A stretch of 64,000 nt of DNA from Solirubrobacterales bacterium (lineage in GTDB: Bacteria; Actinomycetota; Thermoleophilia; Solirubrobacterales; 70-9). Position 1 is the first letter of the stretch, and each line of letters begins with the position of its first letter. The position numbers and the translations under genes were made by a program. Below are positions 33,724 to 42,591 of the stretch, piece after piece. Where the stretch lies: contig DATASN010000033.1 in NCBI GenBank assembly GCA_036269215.1, forward strand, positions 9,359 to 73,358, written 5' to 3'. The notes below the pieces were generated by a model. It was given only the letters and a program-made list of their open reading frames with translations, made no database searches and was not told the origin of the DNA.

Positions 33724-34629
33724 ATGGACAAACTCACGCACCCCCATCGCGATCAGGAGCTGGCGGCGCTGGCTACGCGGCAGTACGGGGTCGTGGCCCT
33801 GCACCAGCTTCGGGACCTCGGTCTGGGACGTGGCGCGATCGATTCCCGCCTCAGATCCGGACGCCTGCACGCAGTGCATAGGGGCGTGTACGCGGTCGGC
33901 CACAGGCGTCTGAGCCAACGCGGGATCTGGCTTGCGGCAGTACTTGCGTGCGGGGACACAGCCCTGCTGAGCCACCAAAGCGCCGCTGCACTTTGGGGGC
34001 TAATCGATCCATCGCCGCCACCGGTGGACGTAACGGCCAGGCGGGGTCGACCTGGGCGCAAGGGCATCCGCTTGCACAGAGCCACCGTCTATCCACAGGA
34101 GAGGAGCGCCCGGCACGGAATCCCTGCCACCGGCGTTGCGCGAACGCTCCTGGACATGGCCGCACTCACGCCTGAGAAGCGACTCAGGAGAGCCTACGAG
34201 GAGGCGGATCGCCTCAATCTCCTTGGTCCGGATGCCCTGGAGCAGGTCTGCCGCCGCGCCGTGGGACACCGCGGACTCGCCGTGATCCGTCACCTCGTGG
34301 CCGGCGAGCACAGCGGTGCCACACGTTCTGCGCTGGAGGACCTGTTCGTCGCCCAGTGCCGCCGGCACGGGCTTCCCGCCCCGGCGATCAACGCACCCCT
34401 GCTCGGTTTCGAGGTCGATGCGCTCTGGCCAGAGCAGCGCCTGGTCGTCGAGCTGGACGGCTTCGCCTTCCACCGCCATCGCGCCGCTTTCGAGCGCGAC
34501 CGTGCCCGCGACGCAACCCTCCAGGCGGCGGGCTATCGCGTGGTTCGCTTCACCCATCGCCGCCTCGAACGGGAACCCGACGCCGTTGCCGGGGAGCTCC
34601 GCGCCCTGCTCGCAGTGAGCCTCAGGTGA
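33724..34629 (+). CDS. DUF559 protein with AbiEi-like N-terminal wHTH (paralog of 1304..2218)
   Basis: [38 protein letters not shown]...[13 protein letters not shown]...[35 protein letters not shown]. Confidence 0.75.
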   Translation: MDKLTHPHRDQELAALATRQYGVVALHQLRDLGLGRGAIDSRLRSGRLHAVHRGVYAVGHRRLSQRGIWLAAVLACGDTALLSHQSAAALWGLIDPSPPPVDVTARRGRPGRKGIRLHRATVYPQERSARHGIPATGVARTLLDMAALTPEKRLRRAYEEADRLNLLGPDALEQVCRRAVGHRGLAVIRHLVAGEHSGATRSALEDLFVAQCRRHGLPAPAINAPLLGFEVDALWPEQRLVVELDGFAFHRHRAAFERDRARDATLQAAGYRVVRFTHRRLEREPDAVAGELRALLAVSLR

Positions 34630-35728
34630 CCTCGCGCAGCTTCTGAGCTTCGCCCAGCTGCTGCAGCTTCTTGAGGCTCTGGTTCTCGATCTGGCGGATC
34701 CGCTCGCGGGTAACGTTGAAGGTCCGCCCCACCTCGTCGAGCGTGCGCGGGTGCTCGCCGCCGAGGCCGTAGCGCAGCTCGAGCACGCGGCGCTCGCGGT
34801 AGGAGAGGTTCTCCAGCGCCTCCTTCAGCGCCTCTTTGGTCAGCAGGTCGGCCGCCCGGTCGAAGGGGGACTCGGCCTTCTCGTCGGCGATGAACTGGCC
34901 GAACTCCGACTCCTCCTCGTCGCCGACCGGCTTCTCCAGCGAGACCGGGGCCTGGGCGGAGCGCTTGATCGAGTCGACCTCCTCGGGATCGATCCCGGTC
35001 ACCTCGGCGATCTCCTCCGGGGTGGGCTCGCGGCCCAGCTCGGTGACCAGCTTGCGCTCGGCGCGGCCGATCTTGTTCAGCTTCTCGACCACGTGGACCG
35101 GGATGCGGATCGTCCGTGCCTTGTCGGCGAGCGCGCGGGCGATCGCCTGGCGGATCCACCAGGTCGCGTAGGTCGAGAACTTGAATCCCTTGCGGTAGTC
35201 GAACTTCTCGGCGGCTCGGACCAGGCCCAGCGTGCCCTCCTGGATCAGGTCGAGGAAGGGCAGGCCCTGGTTGCGGTAGTTCTTGGCGATCGAGACGACC
35301 AGGCGCAGGTTCGACTCGACCATTTTCTGCTTCGCGTCGAGGTCGCCGCGCTCGATCCGCTTGGCGAGTTCGACCTCCTCCGCAGCGGTCAGCAGGCGGA
35401 CCTTGCCGATGTCCTTGAGGAACAGCTGCAGGCTGTCCGTGGTCATGTCCGGTTTCAGGTCGAGCGCGGCTTTCTGGCGGCGCCGGCCTTTTTTGCCGGT
35501 GTCCATCGGCAGCGCGTCGGCGGCTGCTTTCTGGGCCGGGTCCATGTCCTCGACGAGCTCGATGCCCGACTTCTCGAGGTGTCCGTAGAGGTCCTCGACG
35601 TCGGACTCGTCGAGATCGACCTCCGAGACCGCGGAGGAAACGTCGCCGAAGGTCAGCACGCCAAGCTGCTGCCCTCTCGTAATGAGGCCTTTGACCTCCT
35701 CAAGCTCCTGAAGCTCAGCTACCAGCAT
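34622..35728 (-). CDS. rpoD: Primary-type RNA polymerase sigma-70 factor (group 1/2)
   Basis: Regions 1.2 to 4.2 are present: [87 protein letters not shown], and [27 protein letters not shown]. Confidence 0.9.
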   Translation of the reverse strand: MLVAELQELEEVKGLITRGQQLGVLTFGDVSSAVSEVDLDESDVEDLYGHLEKSGIELVEDMDPAQKAAADALPMDTGKKGRRRQKAALDLKPDMTTDSLQLFLKDIGKVRLLTAAEEVELAKRIERGDLDAKQKMVESNLRLVVSIAKNYRNQGLPFLDLIQEGTLGLVRAAEKFDYRKGFKFSTYATWWIRQAIARALADKARTIRIPVHVVEKLNKIGRAERKLVTELGREPTPEEIAEVTGIDPEEVDSIKRSAQAPVSLEKPVGDEEESEFGQFIADEKAESPFDRAADLLTKEALKEALENLSYRERRVLELRYGLGGEHPRTLDEVGRTFNVTRERIRQIENQSLKKLQQLGEAQKLREVT

Positions 35729-35803
35729 CGTCTATCTACTCGATTCCTTGCGCTAGATGGTTAAGTCGTGCCACGTAAAGACCGCCGCGCCCGAAAAGTC
35801 GCG

Positions 35804-35829
35804 AAAAAACGGACCGGCGATCCGGTCCG
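35804..35829 (-). terminator. Terminator-like hairpin plus U6 inside the sigma-factor upstream region
   Basis: On the minus strand CGGACCGG-AUCG-CCGGUCCG forms an 8-bp stem followed by UUUUUU, 76 nt upstream of the rpoD-like ATG. Confidence 0.4.
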
Positions 35830-35886
35830 CGTTGCTGACTAGTCTGCGCTGCACTGCCCCTGGACGGGCGTCAAACGTCTGTTCGC

Positions 35887-35915
35887 ATGATAATCGCTTC
35901 AGTTTCTGAAGTCAA
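35887..35915 (-). promoter_or_regulatory. Predicted sigma-70-type promoter (TTGACT-17 nt-TATCAT) facing the sigma-factor gene
   Basis: On the minus strand, TTGACT is at 35915..35910, the spacer is 17 nt, and TATCAT is at 35892..35887. The spacer contains the palindrome CTTCAGAAACTGAAG. Confidence 0.35.
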
Positions 35916-36826
35916 TGCCCAAACCCGTCCGCGATACCCGTCCCTGGCTGAGCGCCTTCTGGCAGCGCGCCTACCGCGAGAACGTCACCGGGCTCTCGGC
36001 GATGGTCGCCTACAACCTGATGCTGGCGGTCTTCCCCTTCGCCCTGTTGGTTCTCTTCATCTTCGGCCAGGTGCTGAAGATCGGCGGGGTCGAGGCCAGC
36101 GTGATCAACGATCTGCAGCGGCTCTTCCCCAACGTCGAGCAGCACACGCTCACCGACGCGCTCGACCGGATCCAAGAAAACTCGACCACGATCGGGATCG
36201 CCGCCTTCTTCGGCTCGCTCTGGATCGGCGCCTCCTTCTGGGGGGCGATGGACACCGCCTTCTGCCGCATCTACCACGTCGAGTGCCGCGGCTGGGTCGA
36301 GCAGAAGCGCTTCTCCTTCACGATGCTGGCCGTCGTCCTGCTCTTCATCGCCGCCAGCATCTTCTTGCCGGCGATGGAGAGCGCCCTGGTCTCCAGCACC
36401 GACCGGCTGCCCTTCGGCCTCTCCCACATCAAGGCGATCGACACCGCGCTGCTGCTCGGCGCCGCGATCCTGACCACCTTCCTGATCTGCTGCGTGATCT
36501 TCTGGGCGGTGCCGAAGGGCCACATGCCGTGGCGCGCGGTCTGGCCCGGGGCGGGATTTGTGACGATCAGCGCCGGGATCGCCAACTGGCTCTTCCCGAT
36601 CTACCTCTCCAACGTCTCCAGCCTCTCGCGCTTCGGCTCGACCCTGGGCTTCATCCTGATCGCCCTGCTCTGGTTCTACGTTCTCAGCCTGGCGCTGCTG
36701 GCGGGCGCGGTGATCAACTCACTGCGCCACGAGCTGCACGAGACGGGCGAAATGCCTTACACGGGCTCCAGCACCGAGGGTCGCGCGGGCGACTGCGGCT
36801 GTGCGGACTCGGCGCCGTCCGGCTGA
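35915..36826 (+). CDS. YihY/BrkB (ribonuclease BN-like) family membrane protein
   Basis: SAMVAYNLMLAVFPFALLVLFIF and six predicted TM segments match the typical YihY layout. Confidence 0.8.
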   Translation: MPKPVRDTRPWLSAFWQRAYRENVTGLSAMVAYNLMLAVFPFALLVLFIFGQVLKIGGVEASVINDLQRLFPNVEQHTLTDALDRIQENSTTIGIAAFFGSLWIGASFWGAMDTAFCRIYHVECRGWVEQKRFSFTMLAVVLLFIAASIFLPAMESALVSSTDRLPFGLSHIKAIDTALLLGAAILTTFLICCVIFWAVPKGHMPWRAVWPGAGFVTISAGIANWLFPIYLSNVSSLSRFGSTLGFILIALLWFYVLSLALLAGAVINSLRHELHETGEMPYTGSSTEGRAGDCGCADSAPSG

Positions 36827-37485
36827 GCCGAGGCCGAGAGGGGCTCCGGCGAGCCGTAGAAGGAGAGCGCGAACTCGACCAGCTCGGGGCAGATCCCCGG
36901 CAGCTCTCGGGCTTCCCCCTCCAGGACGAGCTGCTTGACCCGCGAGACGATCCCGCCGACCACCGCGGGCTCGAGTCCCGCGGGAGGCGTGGCGACATCG
37001 ACGTTGCCGATCGCCGCGAGGCGCAGCATGCGCCCGTAGCGGTCCAGCCAATCGTGGTGGCGGGCGGCACTCTCCGCACCCGCGGCAGGCCCCTCCACGA
37101 CGATCAGGTTGGCGAGATCCGGATCCGCGGCCAGCAGGTCGAGGCCGGCCTTCAGCGCGGCGCCAACCCGATTGGCCAAGCCGGTTCGGGTGTAGCACTG
37201 AAAGGTGAGGACGCCGAGCAGGCGCTCCTGGGCGATCTCGTAGGCCGCGGCGAAGCACTCGCCCTTGTCCCCGAACTGCTCGTAGAAGGCGTTGCGGCGG
37301 ACCTGCGCAAGCTTGACGATGTGCTCGACGGTGGTCGCCTCGAAGCCGTTTTCGGCGACCGCCCGCGGCAGTGCCTCGAGCAGCCGGCGGCGCTGATCCG
37401 CGGCCACGACGCCGGCCGAGATCGCGTACGGGCCGCGGGGGAGCGGTTGATCTGCTGCCTGGTGGGAGGTCGGGACGGTCGGCAC
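36757..37485 (-). CDS. TetR/AcrR-family regulator (paralog 1)
   Basis: The HTH is RRRLLEALPRAVAENGFEATTVEHIVKLAQVRRNAFYEQFGDKGECFAAAYE. It has a GTG start. Its 3' end overlaps the yihY-like gene by 70 nt (convergent). Confidence 0.8.
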   Translation of the reverse strand: MPTVPTSHQAADQPLPRGPYAISAGVVAADQRRRLLEALPRAVAENGFEATTVEHIVKLAQVRRNAFYEQFGDKGECFAAAYEIAQERLLGVLTFQCYTRTGLANRVGAALKAGLDLLAADPDLANLIVVEGPAAGAESAARHHDWLDRYGRMLRLAAIGNVDVATPPAGLEPAVVGGIVSRVKQLVLEGEARELPGICPELVEFALSFYGSPEPLSASAQPDGAESAQPQSPARPSVLEPV

Positions 37486-37767
37486 GAGTATTGGTACGAT
37501 GAGATTCTAACAAAGAACAAAAGAGTTTCGTGCTACAAAATGAAGTAGCCCAGTCATCCCGGCGTCGTTTGGAATGCCAGCGTTCTCACGAGGGCGTCTC
37601 TGACAGGCCGCGACGCGGGTAAGTGCGAGGCAGCTGATCGAGATGGGCAAATCGTCACGATCGGCGGCCGCCCTTGGTGGGTGATGACGGCTCTGCCGGG
37701 GCGCCGAGTTCCCAAAGGGCTCTTCCGGTGAGGCCGAAGTTCAGTAACGCACCGGAAAGAGCGGGAG

Positions 37768-38421
37768 ATGAACCAGGAGCTCGAACCTCTGAGCGAAGCA
37801 GGCGTCCTGACGCCGAGCATCCCCTGGGACATCGGTGCGCGCACCCAGCGCGACCGGATCCTCAAAGCGATGGCGAAGAGCTGCGCCAAGAAGTCCTTCG
37901 CGGCGACGACGATCGCCGACATCGTCAGCCACGCGAGCATCTCCCGCGCCACCTTCTACAAGCACTTCAGCAACAAACGGGAGTGCTTCAACGCCACCGT
38001 CGACTCCTTCTTGGCGGAGCTGCGGGGCAGCGCGGAAAACGCCCTCCCGGACGGCGATGAATCGGTCGAAAGCGCGATTCGAGAGGTGATAGCGACCCTG
38101 CTCGGGCGGCTGGCGGCAAAGCCCGACCATGCGAAGCTGCTGCTGGTCGAGGCGCCGATCGTCGATCCCAAATTGGTGCAGCACTACCGACGCATCACCC
38201 TGGCGGCCCTCGAGGCGCGGCTGCGGGCCGCGGAAGTCGAGGCCCGCGCCGGTGCGGATCCGGAGATCGCCTTCGGGCGCGCCAAGGTGCTGGTCGCCGA
38301 CTACGTCGCCGCCGGCAAGGCGAAGGAGCTCCCCTCGTTGCTTCCCGAGCTCGTCTACATCGCGCAGCTCCCTTACCTCGGGCAGGAGCTGGCGCTGGAG
38401 CAAGCGCAGCTCGTTCGATGA
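37768..38421 (+). CDS. TetR/AcrR-family regulator (paralog 2)
   Basis: RDRILKAMAKSCAKKSFAATTIADIVSHASISRATFYKHFSNKRECFNATVD. Confidence 0.8.
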   Translation: MNQELEPLSEAGVLTPSIPWDIGARTQRDRILKAMAKSCAKKSFAATTIADIVSHASISRATFYKHFSNKRECFNATVDSFLAELRGSAENALPDGDESVESAIREVIATLLGRLAAKPDHAKLLLVEAPIVDPKLVQHYRRITLAALEARLRAAEVEARAGADPEIAFGRAKVLVADYVAAGKAKELPSLLPELVYIAQLPYLGQELALEQAQLVR

Positions 38422-39155
38422 TCCCCCAGAGCGAAGCTGAGCTACCCGGTCAAGGACCCGACGGCGATCCCCCGGAGGATCTCCACCTCTGGAAGCTGCC
38501 GCGCGGGCGCCACGGCCTACCGCGCGAGCTGGTCGCCCGCTCCCAGCGCGAGCGGCTGCTGGCCGGGGTCGTCCGGGTCACCGCCGAGAAGGGCTACCAG
38601 GCCAGCTCGGTCGCCGACATCCTCAAAGAGGCCGGGGTCGGCAGGGAGACCTTCTACAAGCACTTCAAGGACAAGGAAGACTGCTTCGTCGCGGCCAACG
38701 ACGCCCTCGTCGCCAACCTCGAGGCTCACGTCAATGAGACCTACGAGCAGCCCGGCAGCTGGCCGGAGAGGGTTCGCCGCGGTCTCGCCGAGACGCTCAA
38801 CTGGTTCGCGGCGAACCCGGCAGTGGCGCGGGTGATGATGATCGAGATGGGCACCGTGGGCCCGATCGCCAGCGCCCGCTTCCGCGAGACCTTCAGCCGC
38901 TTCACAACGCTGCTCGACGACGGCCGCGAGTTCATCGAGGATGCCCCCGACATGCCCAACCTCGCCAACATCGCCGGCGGTGCGGTGTTCGCGCGTGTCT
39001 ACGAAGAAGTGGCGCTCGGCAACATCGCCAACCTGCCGGCGCTGCTGCCCCAGCTGACCTTCGAGCTGCTGCTCCCGTACATCGGCGAAGAGGCAGCGCT
39101 CGAAGAACGCGACGCCACCGCCCAAGAGCTTGCCAGGGAAGGCGACGCAGAGTGA
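38418..39155 (+). CDS. TetR/AcrR-family regulator (paralog 3)
   Basis: QRERLLAGVVRVTAEKGYQASSVADILKEAGVGRETFYKHFKDKEDCFVAANDA. It has an ATGA overlap with paralog 2. Confidence 0.8.
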   Translation: MIPQSEAELPGQGPDGDPPEDLHLWKLPRGRHGLPRELVARSQRERLLAGVVRVTAEKGYQASSVADILKEAGVGRETFYKHFKDKEDCFVAANDALVANLEAHVNETYEQPGSWPERVRRGLAETLNWFAANPAVARVMMIEMGTVGPIASARFRETFSRFTTLLDDGREFIEDAPDMPNLANIAGGAVFARVYEEVALGNIANLPALLPQLTFELLLPYIGEEAALEERDATAQELAREGDAE

Positions 39156-39459
39156 GCGCCACGCCGAGCCCCCGAGATAGGAGTGACTCGGGGATGCCGG
39201 CGCGGCTCGTACCCATGCCTCGTCCCATCGAGGTGCGGGCGAACATCCAACCGTAATTCGACTTCTAACCGTAACTAAGGAGGCACGCTTTGCCTCGGCC
39301 TCCGAGTTGAGTTTTCTAGGCGATGGCCGCGAGGTCAAGAAATCCGCCTCCGGCGGCTCCGAAAGGGCGGCGCGAGGGCCGGAGAGTCTGGCTTTTGCCT
39401 GCAAATCGCAGAATTAAGAAACCGTGCATGCGCGGAAGCGTGCGTCGCGCCGATCCGCC

Positions 39460-40485
39460 CTAGGAGATGAAGAGAGCGCGGTGCAGGTCGTCGACGAAGT
39501 CGAGGGTGAGGGCCCGATCGCCGCAGACCTCGAGCTGATCGGTGCGGCCTTCGACCAGGGCATCGAGCCAGGCCGCCGCCGAGCCGCGGATCCAGCTCTC
39601 GGGCTTGGGCTCGAGCTTCGAAGTGCAATGCGTGAGCTTGCCGTCGCATACGGTGAGGCGGAGCCCCGCCGAGCGCCCGTCGGACCTCTCGCCGGCGAAG
39701 ACGGCGAGCTGGGCGGTCCCATCCGCGTGCGGCTCGAAGGCGGCGAGCGGCACGATCAGCAGCAGGATCGTCTCGACGTCGATGCGGGTCATCGGCGCGG
39801 TCTCCTCCGCCATGTGGCGGCGCTCGCAGCGCACCGCCGCCAGCAGCGGCGCCATCCCCCGGCGCAGCCAATCGGTCACCGTGTACGGGGTGCCTCCGCC
39901 GTTGCCCTGGGCGGCCGCCACGCAACCGAAGAGGCGCATCGCACCAAGCCGGCGCTCGAGCGCCGGGTAGCTGAAGGCGGTGATCAGGTTGTCCAGCTCG
40001 GTGAGCGAGAAGGGCCTGACGGCAAGCGCCCGCAGCATCGTCGACCCCCAGCCCCCGACCAGCGCCTTGACCGCCGCTTTGCCGGTTTCGCTTTCGAGCC
40101 GAACCGGGCCCTCCGGGGCGCGGGCCAGCCACGCCTCGATCGCGTCGGTGACGACGAGCAGCTCCCGCCCGACCGGGGTCAGCGCGTTGCCGAGCCCGCC
40201 GGCCCTGCCGTTGGCCTGGCACTTCTCCAGCGCCCCCATCGAGATCAGGGTTTCGACGTTGCCGCGCAACGTCGTCTGGGCCGGGCCGCCCACCTGCTTG
40301 CGCAGGTCCGCGAGCCGCAGCGGCCCGTCGGCGAGCGCCCTGAGGACAAGCCCGTGAAGCGCTCTGGAAAACAAGGAGAGGGCATATCCCCCGGTGCGAA
40401 ACTGGTACTCGGTCGCGAGGTCCCCATCGCCAACTTCCCGCACCGCCTGCGGCAACTGGCCATCTCGCACACCTGCGTCGAGCAC
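39460..40485 (-). CDS. Regulator with two HxlR-like winged-helix domains and a C-terminal SCP2-like domain
   Basis: The two wHTH-like segments are LHGLVLRALADGPLRLADLRKQVGGPAQTTLRGNVETLISMGALEK and STMLRALAVRPFSLTELDNLITAFSYPALERRLGAMRLFG. The C-terminus WIRGSAAAWLDALVEGRTDQLEVCGDRALTLDFVDDL resembles SCP2. The domain calls are made by eye. Confidence 0.55.
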   Translation of the reverse strand: MLDAGVRDGQLPQAVREVGDGDLATEYQFRTGGYALSLFSRALHGLVLRALADGPLRLADLRKQVGGPAQTTLRGNVETLISMGALEKCQANGRAGGLGNALTPVGRELLVVTDAIEAWLARAPEGPVRLESETGKAAVKALVGGWGSTMLRALAVRPFSLTELDNLITAFSYPALERRLGAMRLFGCVAAAQGNGGGTPYTVTDWLRRGMAPLLAAVRCERRHMAEETAPMTRIDVETILLLIVPLAAFEPHADGTAQLAVFAGERSDGRSAGLRLTVCDGKLTHCTSKLEPKPESWIRGSAAAWLDALVEGRTDQLEVCGDRALTLDFVDDLHRALFIS

Positions 40486-40568
40486 GTCTCCTGCCTCTCC
40501 TCGGGGACGGACGTGTTCTATCTTAGAACAAATTAGTCTTAGTAGTAGGACGCCTCAGTACTGAATCG

Positions 40569-41567
40569 TTATCCGTAGCGCTCGCCCGTCACCGTGCGCA
40601 GCTTGGCGCGGTCGTGGCGGGCGTGGACGCGGCGGACGGTGCCGGAGCGCGAGCGCATCACCAGCGACTCGGTGGTGGCGCCGGGGCCGCGGTAGCGGAC
40701 CCCCTGCAGCACGTCGCCGTCGGTGACGCCGGTGGCGGAGAAGAAGACGTCCTCGCCCGAGCAGAGGTCGTCGGCGGTGAGGACGCGGTCGAGGTCATAG
40801 CCGGCGTCGACGGCGGCGCTGCGCTCCCCGTCGTCGCGCGGCCAGAGGCGGCCGAGCAGCTGGCCGCCCATCGACTTCAGCGCCGCGGCCGAGAGCACGC
40901 CCTCGGGGGTGCCGCCGATGCCCCAGAGAAGATCGACGGGCGAGCGCTCGCTGACCGCGAGCAGGGCCGCGGAGACGTCGCCGTCGGTGATCAGGCGAAT
41001 GCGGCCGCCCGCCTCGCGCACCTCGCGCATCGCCTCCTCGTGGCGGGGCCGGTCGAGCATCACCACGGTGACGTCGCCGACGCTGCCGCCCTTGCGCTGA
41101 GCGATCAGCTTCAGCGTCTCGGGGAGCGGGCGATCGAGGTCGAGCAGGTCGGCGATCTCCTCGCTGCCGGCCATCTTCTCCATGTAGACGCAGGGGCCGG
41201 GATCGAACATCGTGCCGCGCTCGGCGAGCGCGATCACGGCCAGGGCGCTGGGCATGCCGAGGGCGCAGAGCCGCGTCCCCTCCAGCGGGTCGACGGCGAT
41301 ATCGACCACCGGCGGGCTGCCGTCGCCGATCTGCTCGCCGTTGTAGAGCATCGGCGCCTCGTCCTTCTCGCCCTCGCCGATGACGACGATGCCGTCCATC
41401 GAGACCGAGTCGAGGACGTAGCGCATCGCGTCGACAGCGGCCTGATCGGCGGCGATCTTGTCCCCCCGCCCGACCCAGCGGGCGGCGGCGAGGGCCGCGG
41501 CCTCGGTGACGCGAACGAGCTCCAGCGCCAGGTTGCGGTCCGGCTTGGTCGGAGCGGTCTCCCCCAT
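40569..41567 (-). CDS. glpX: Class II fructose-1,6-bisphosphatase
   Basis: LALELVRVTEAAALAAARWVGRGDKIAADQAAVDAMR...GEGEKDEAPMLYNGEQIG...DIAVDPLEGT are GlpX signatures. Confidence 0.9.
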   Translation of the reverse strand: MGETAPTKPDRNLALELVRVTEAAALAAARWVGRGDKIAADQAAVDAMRYVLDSVSMDGIVVIGEGEKDEAPMLYNGEQIGDGSPPVVDIAVDPLEGTRLCALGMPSALAVIALAERGTMFDPGPCVYMEKMAGSEEIADLLDLDRPLPETLKLIAQRKGGSVGDVTVVMLDRPRHEEAMREVREAGGRIRLITDGDVSAALLAVSERSPVDLLWGIGGTPEGVLSAAALKSMGGQLLGRLWPRDDGERSAAVDAGYDLDRVLTADDLCSGEDVFFSATGVTDGDVLQGVRYRGPGATTESLVMRSRSGTVRRVHARHDRAKLRTVTGERYG

Positions 41568-41658
41568 CGGCCCAGGAGCCTATCGATCGCGCCGCTCGAT
41601 GCATTGACCACACTGGGGTGTGTCAAATCGATCGAGCGACGATATGTAGGGTCTTCGC

Positions 41659-42591
41659 ATGGCTCAACGCTGGGGATTGACGCTTCCGCTGCCGGGGCTC
41701 TCGCTGGCGGCCCACGAGGATCTCGTCAAGCGGGCCGAGGCCGGCGGCTACACCGACTTCTGGAGCGGCGAGACAAACGGGCCGGATGGCTTCACGCCGC
41801 TTGCCCTTAGTGCGGCCTGGACCGAGCGGGCGCGGCTCGGGACCGGCATCGTCGGGGTCTTCCAGCGCGGTCCGGCGCTGCTCGCCCAGGAGGCGGCGGC
41901 GCTTGCCGACGCCTCCGGCGGGCGCTTCGTGCTCGGCATCGGCTCCTCCTCGGACCGGATCGTCGAAGGCTGGAACGGCATCCCCTTCGAGAAGCCGCTG
42001 AGCAGGGTGCGCGAGACGCTCGACTTCCTCAGCACCGCACTGCAGGGCGAGCGCACGGCAAGCGGCTTCAAGCTCGAGAGCGCGCCGGCGCAGCGGGTGC
42101 CGATCGTGCTCGCGGCGCTGCGCGGCAGGATGCTCGAGTTGGCGGTCGAGCGCGCCGACGGCGCCTTCACTAACTTCCTCCCCCTCGGCGGCCTGCCCAA
42201 GGTGACCGCGCAGCTACAGGGGGCGCCCGAGGGCTTCGAGCTGCTCTGCCGCTTCTTCTGCCTGCCCGGCGAGCGCGAGGCGGTCGAGCCGCTGGCCCGC
42301 TTCATGTTCTCCTCCTACATCACCGTCCCGGTCTACGCCGACTTCTACCGCTGGCTCGGCTACGGCGAGGAGATCGACGCGATGGTCGCGGCCTGGGAGA
42401 GCGGCGACCGCCAGGGCGCGGCCGCGGCGGCGCCGTGGAAGCTGATCGAGGCGATGTTCGTCTTCGGCTCGCCGGAGGAGATGACGGAGCGGATAGGCGC
42501 CTTCGTCGAAGGCGGCATCACCCTGCCGATCCTGACCCCGATCACGACGCCCGACAAGCTGGGCGAGCTGATCGAGGCGCTGACTCCCTAG
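41659..42591 (+). CDS. LLM-class (luciferase-like) F420-dependent oxidoreductase
   Basis: WGLTLPLPGLSL...AGGYTDFWSGETNGPDGFTPLA...GRFVLGIGSSS. Confidence 0.8.
   Translation: MAQRWGLTLPLPGLSLAAHEDLVKRAEAGGYTDFWSGETNGPDGFTPLALSAAWTERARLGTGIVGVFQRGPALLAQEAAALADASGGRFVLGIGSSSDRIVEGWNGIPFEKPLSRVRETLDFLSTALQGERTASGFKLESAPAQRVPIVLAALRGRMLELAVERADGAFTNFLPLGGLPKVTAQLQGAPEGFELLCRFFCLPGEREAVEPLARFMFSSYITVPVYADFYRWLGYGEEIDAMVAAWESGDRQGAAAAAPWKLIEAMFVFGSPEEMTERIGAFVEGGITLPILTPITTPDKLGELIEALTP

Noticed and set aside
1304-34629. The two inverted DUF559 genes as the ends of a large mobile element or composite transposon.
   Set aside because: There is no transposase, integrase or terminal inverted DNA repeat. 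The enclosed genes are core functions (ftsZ, pilus machinery, ArsA-like pair). The paralogs are diverged.
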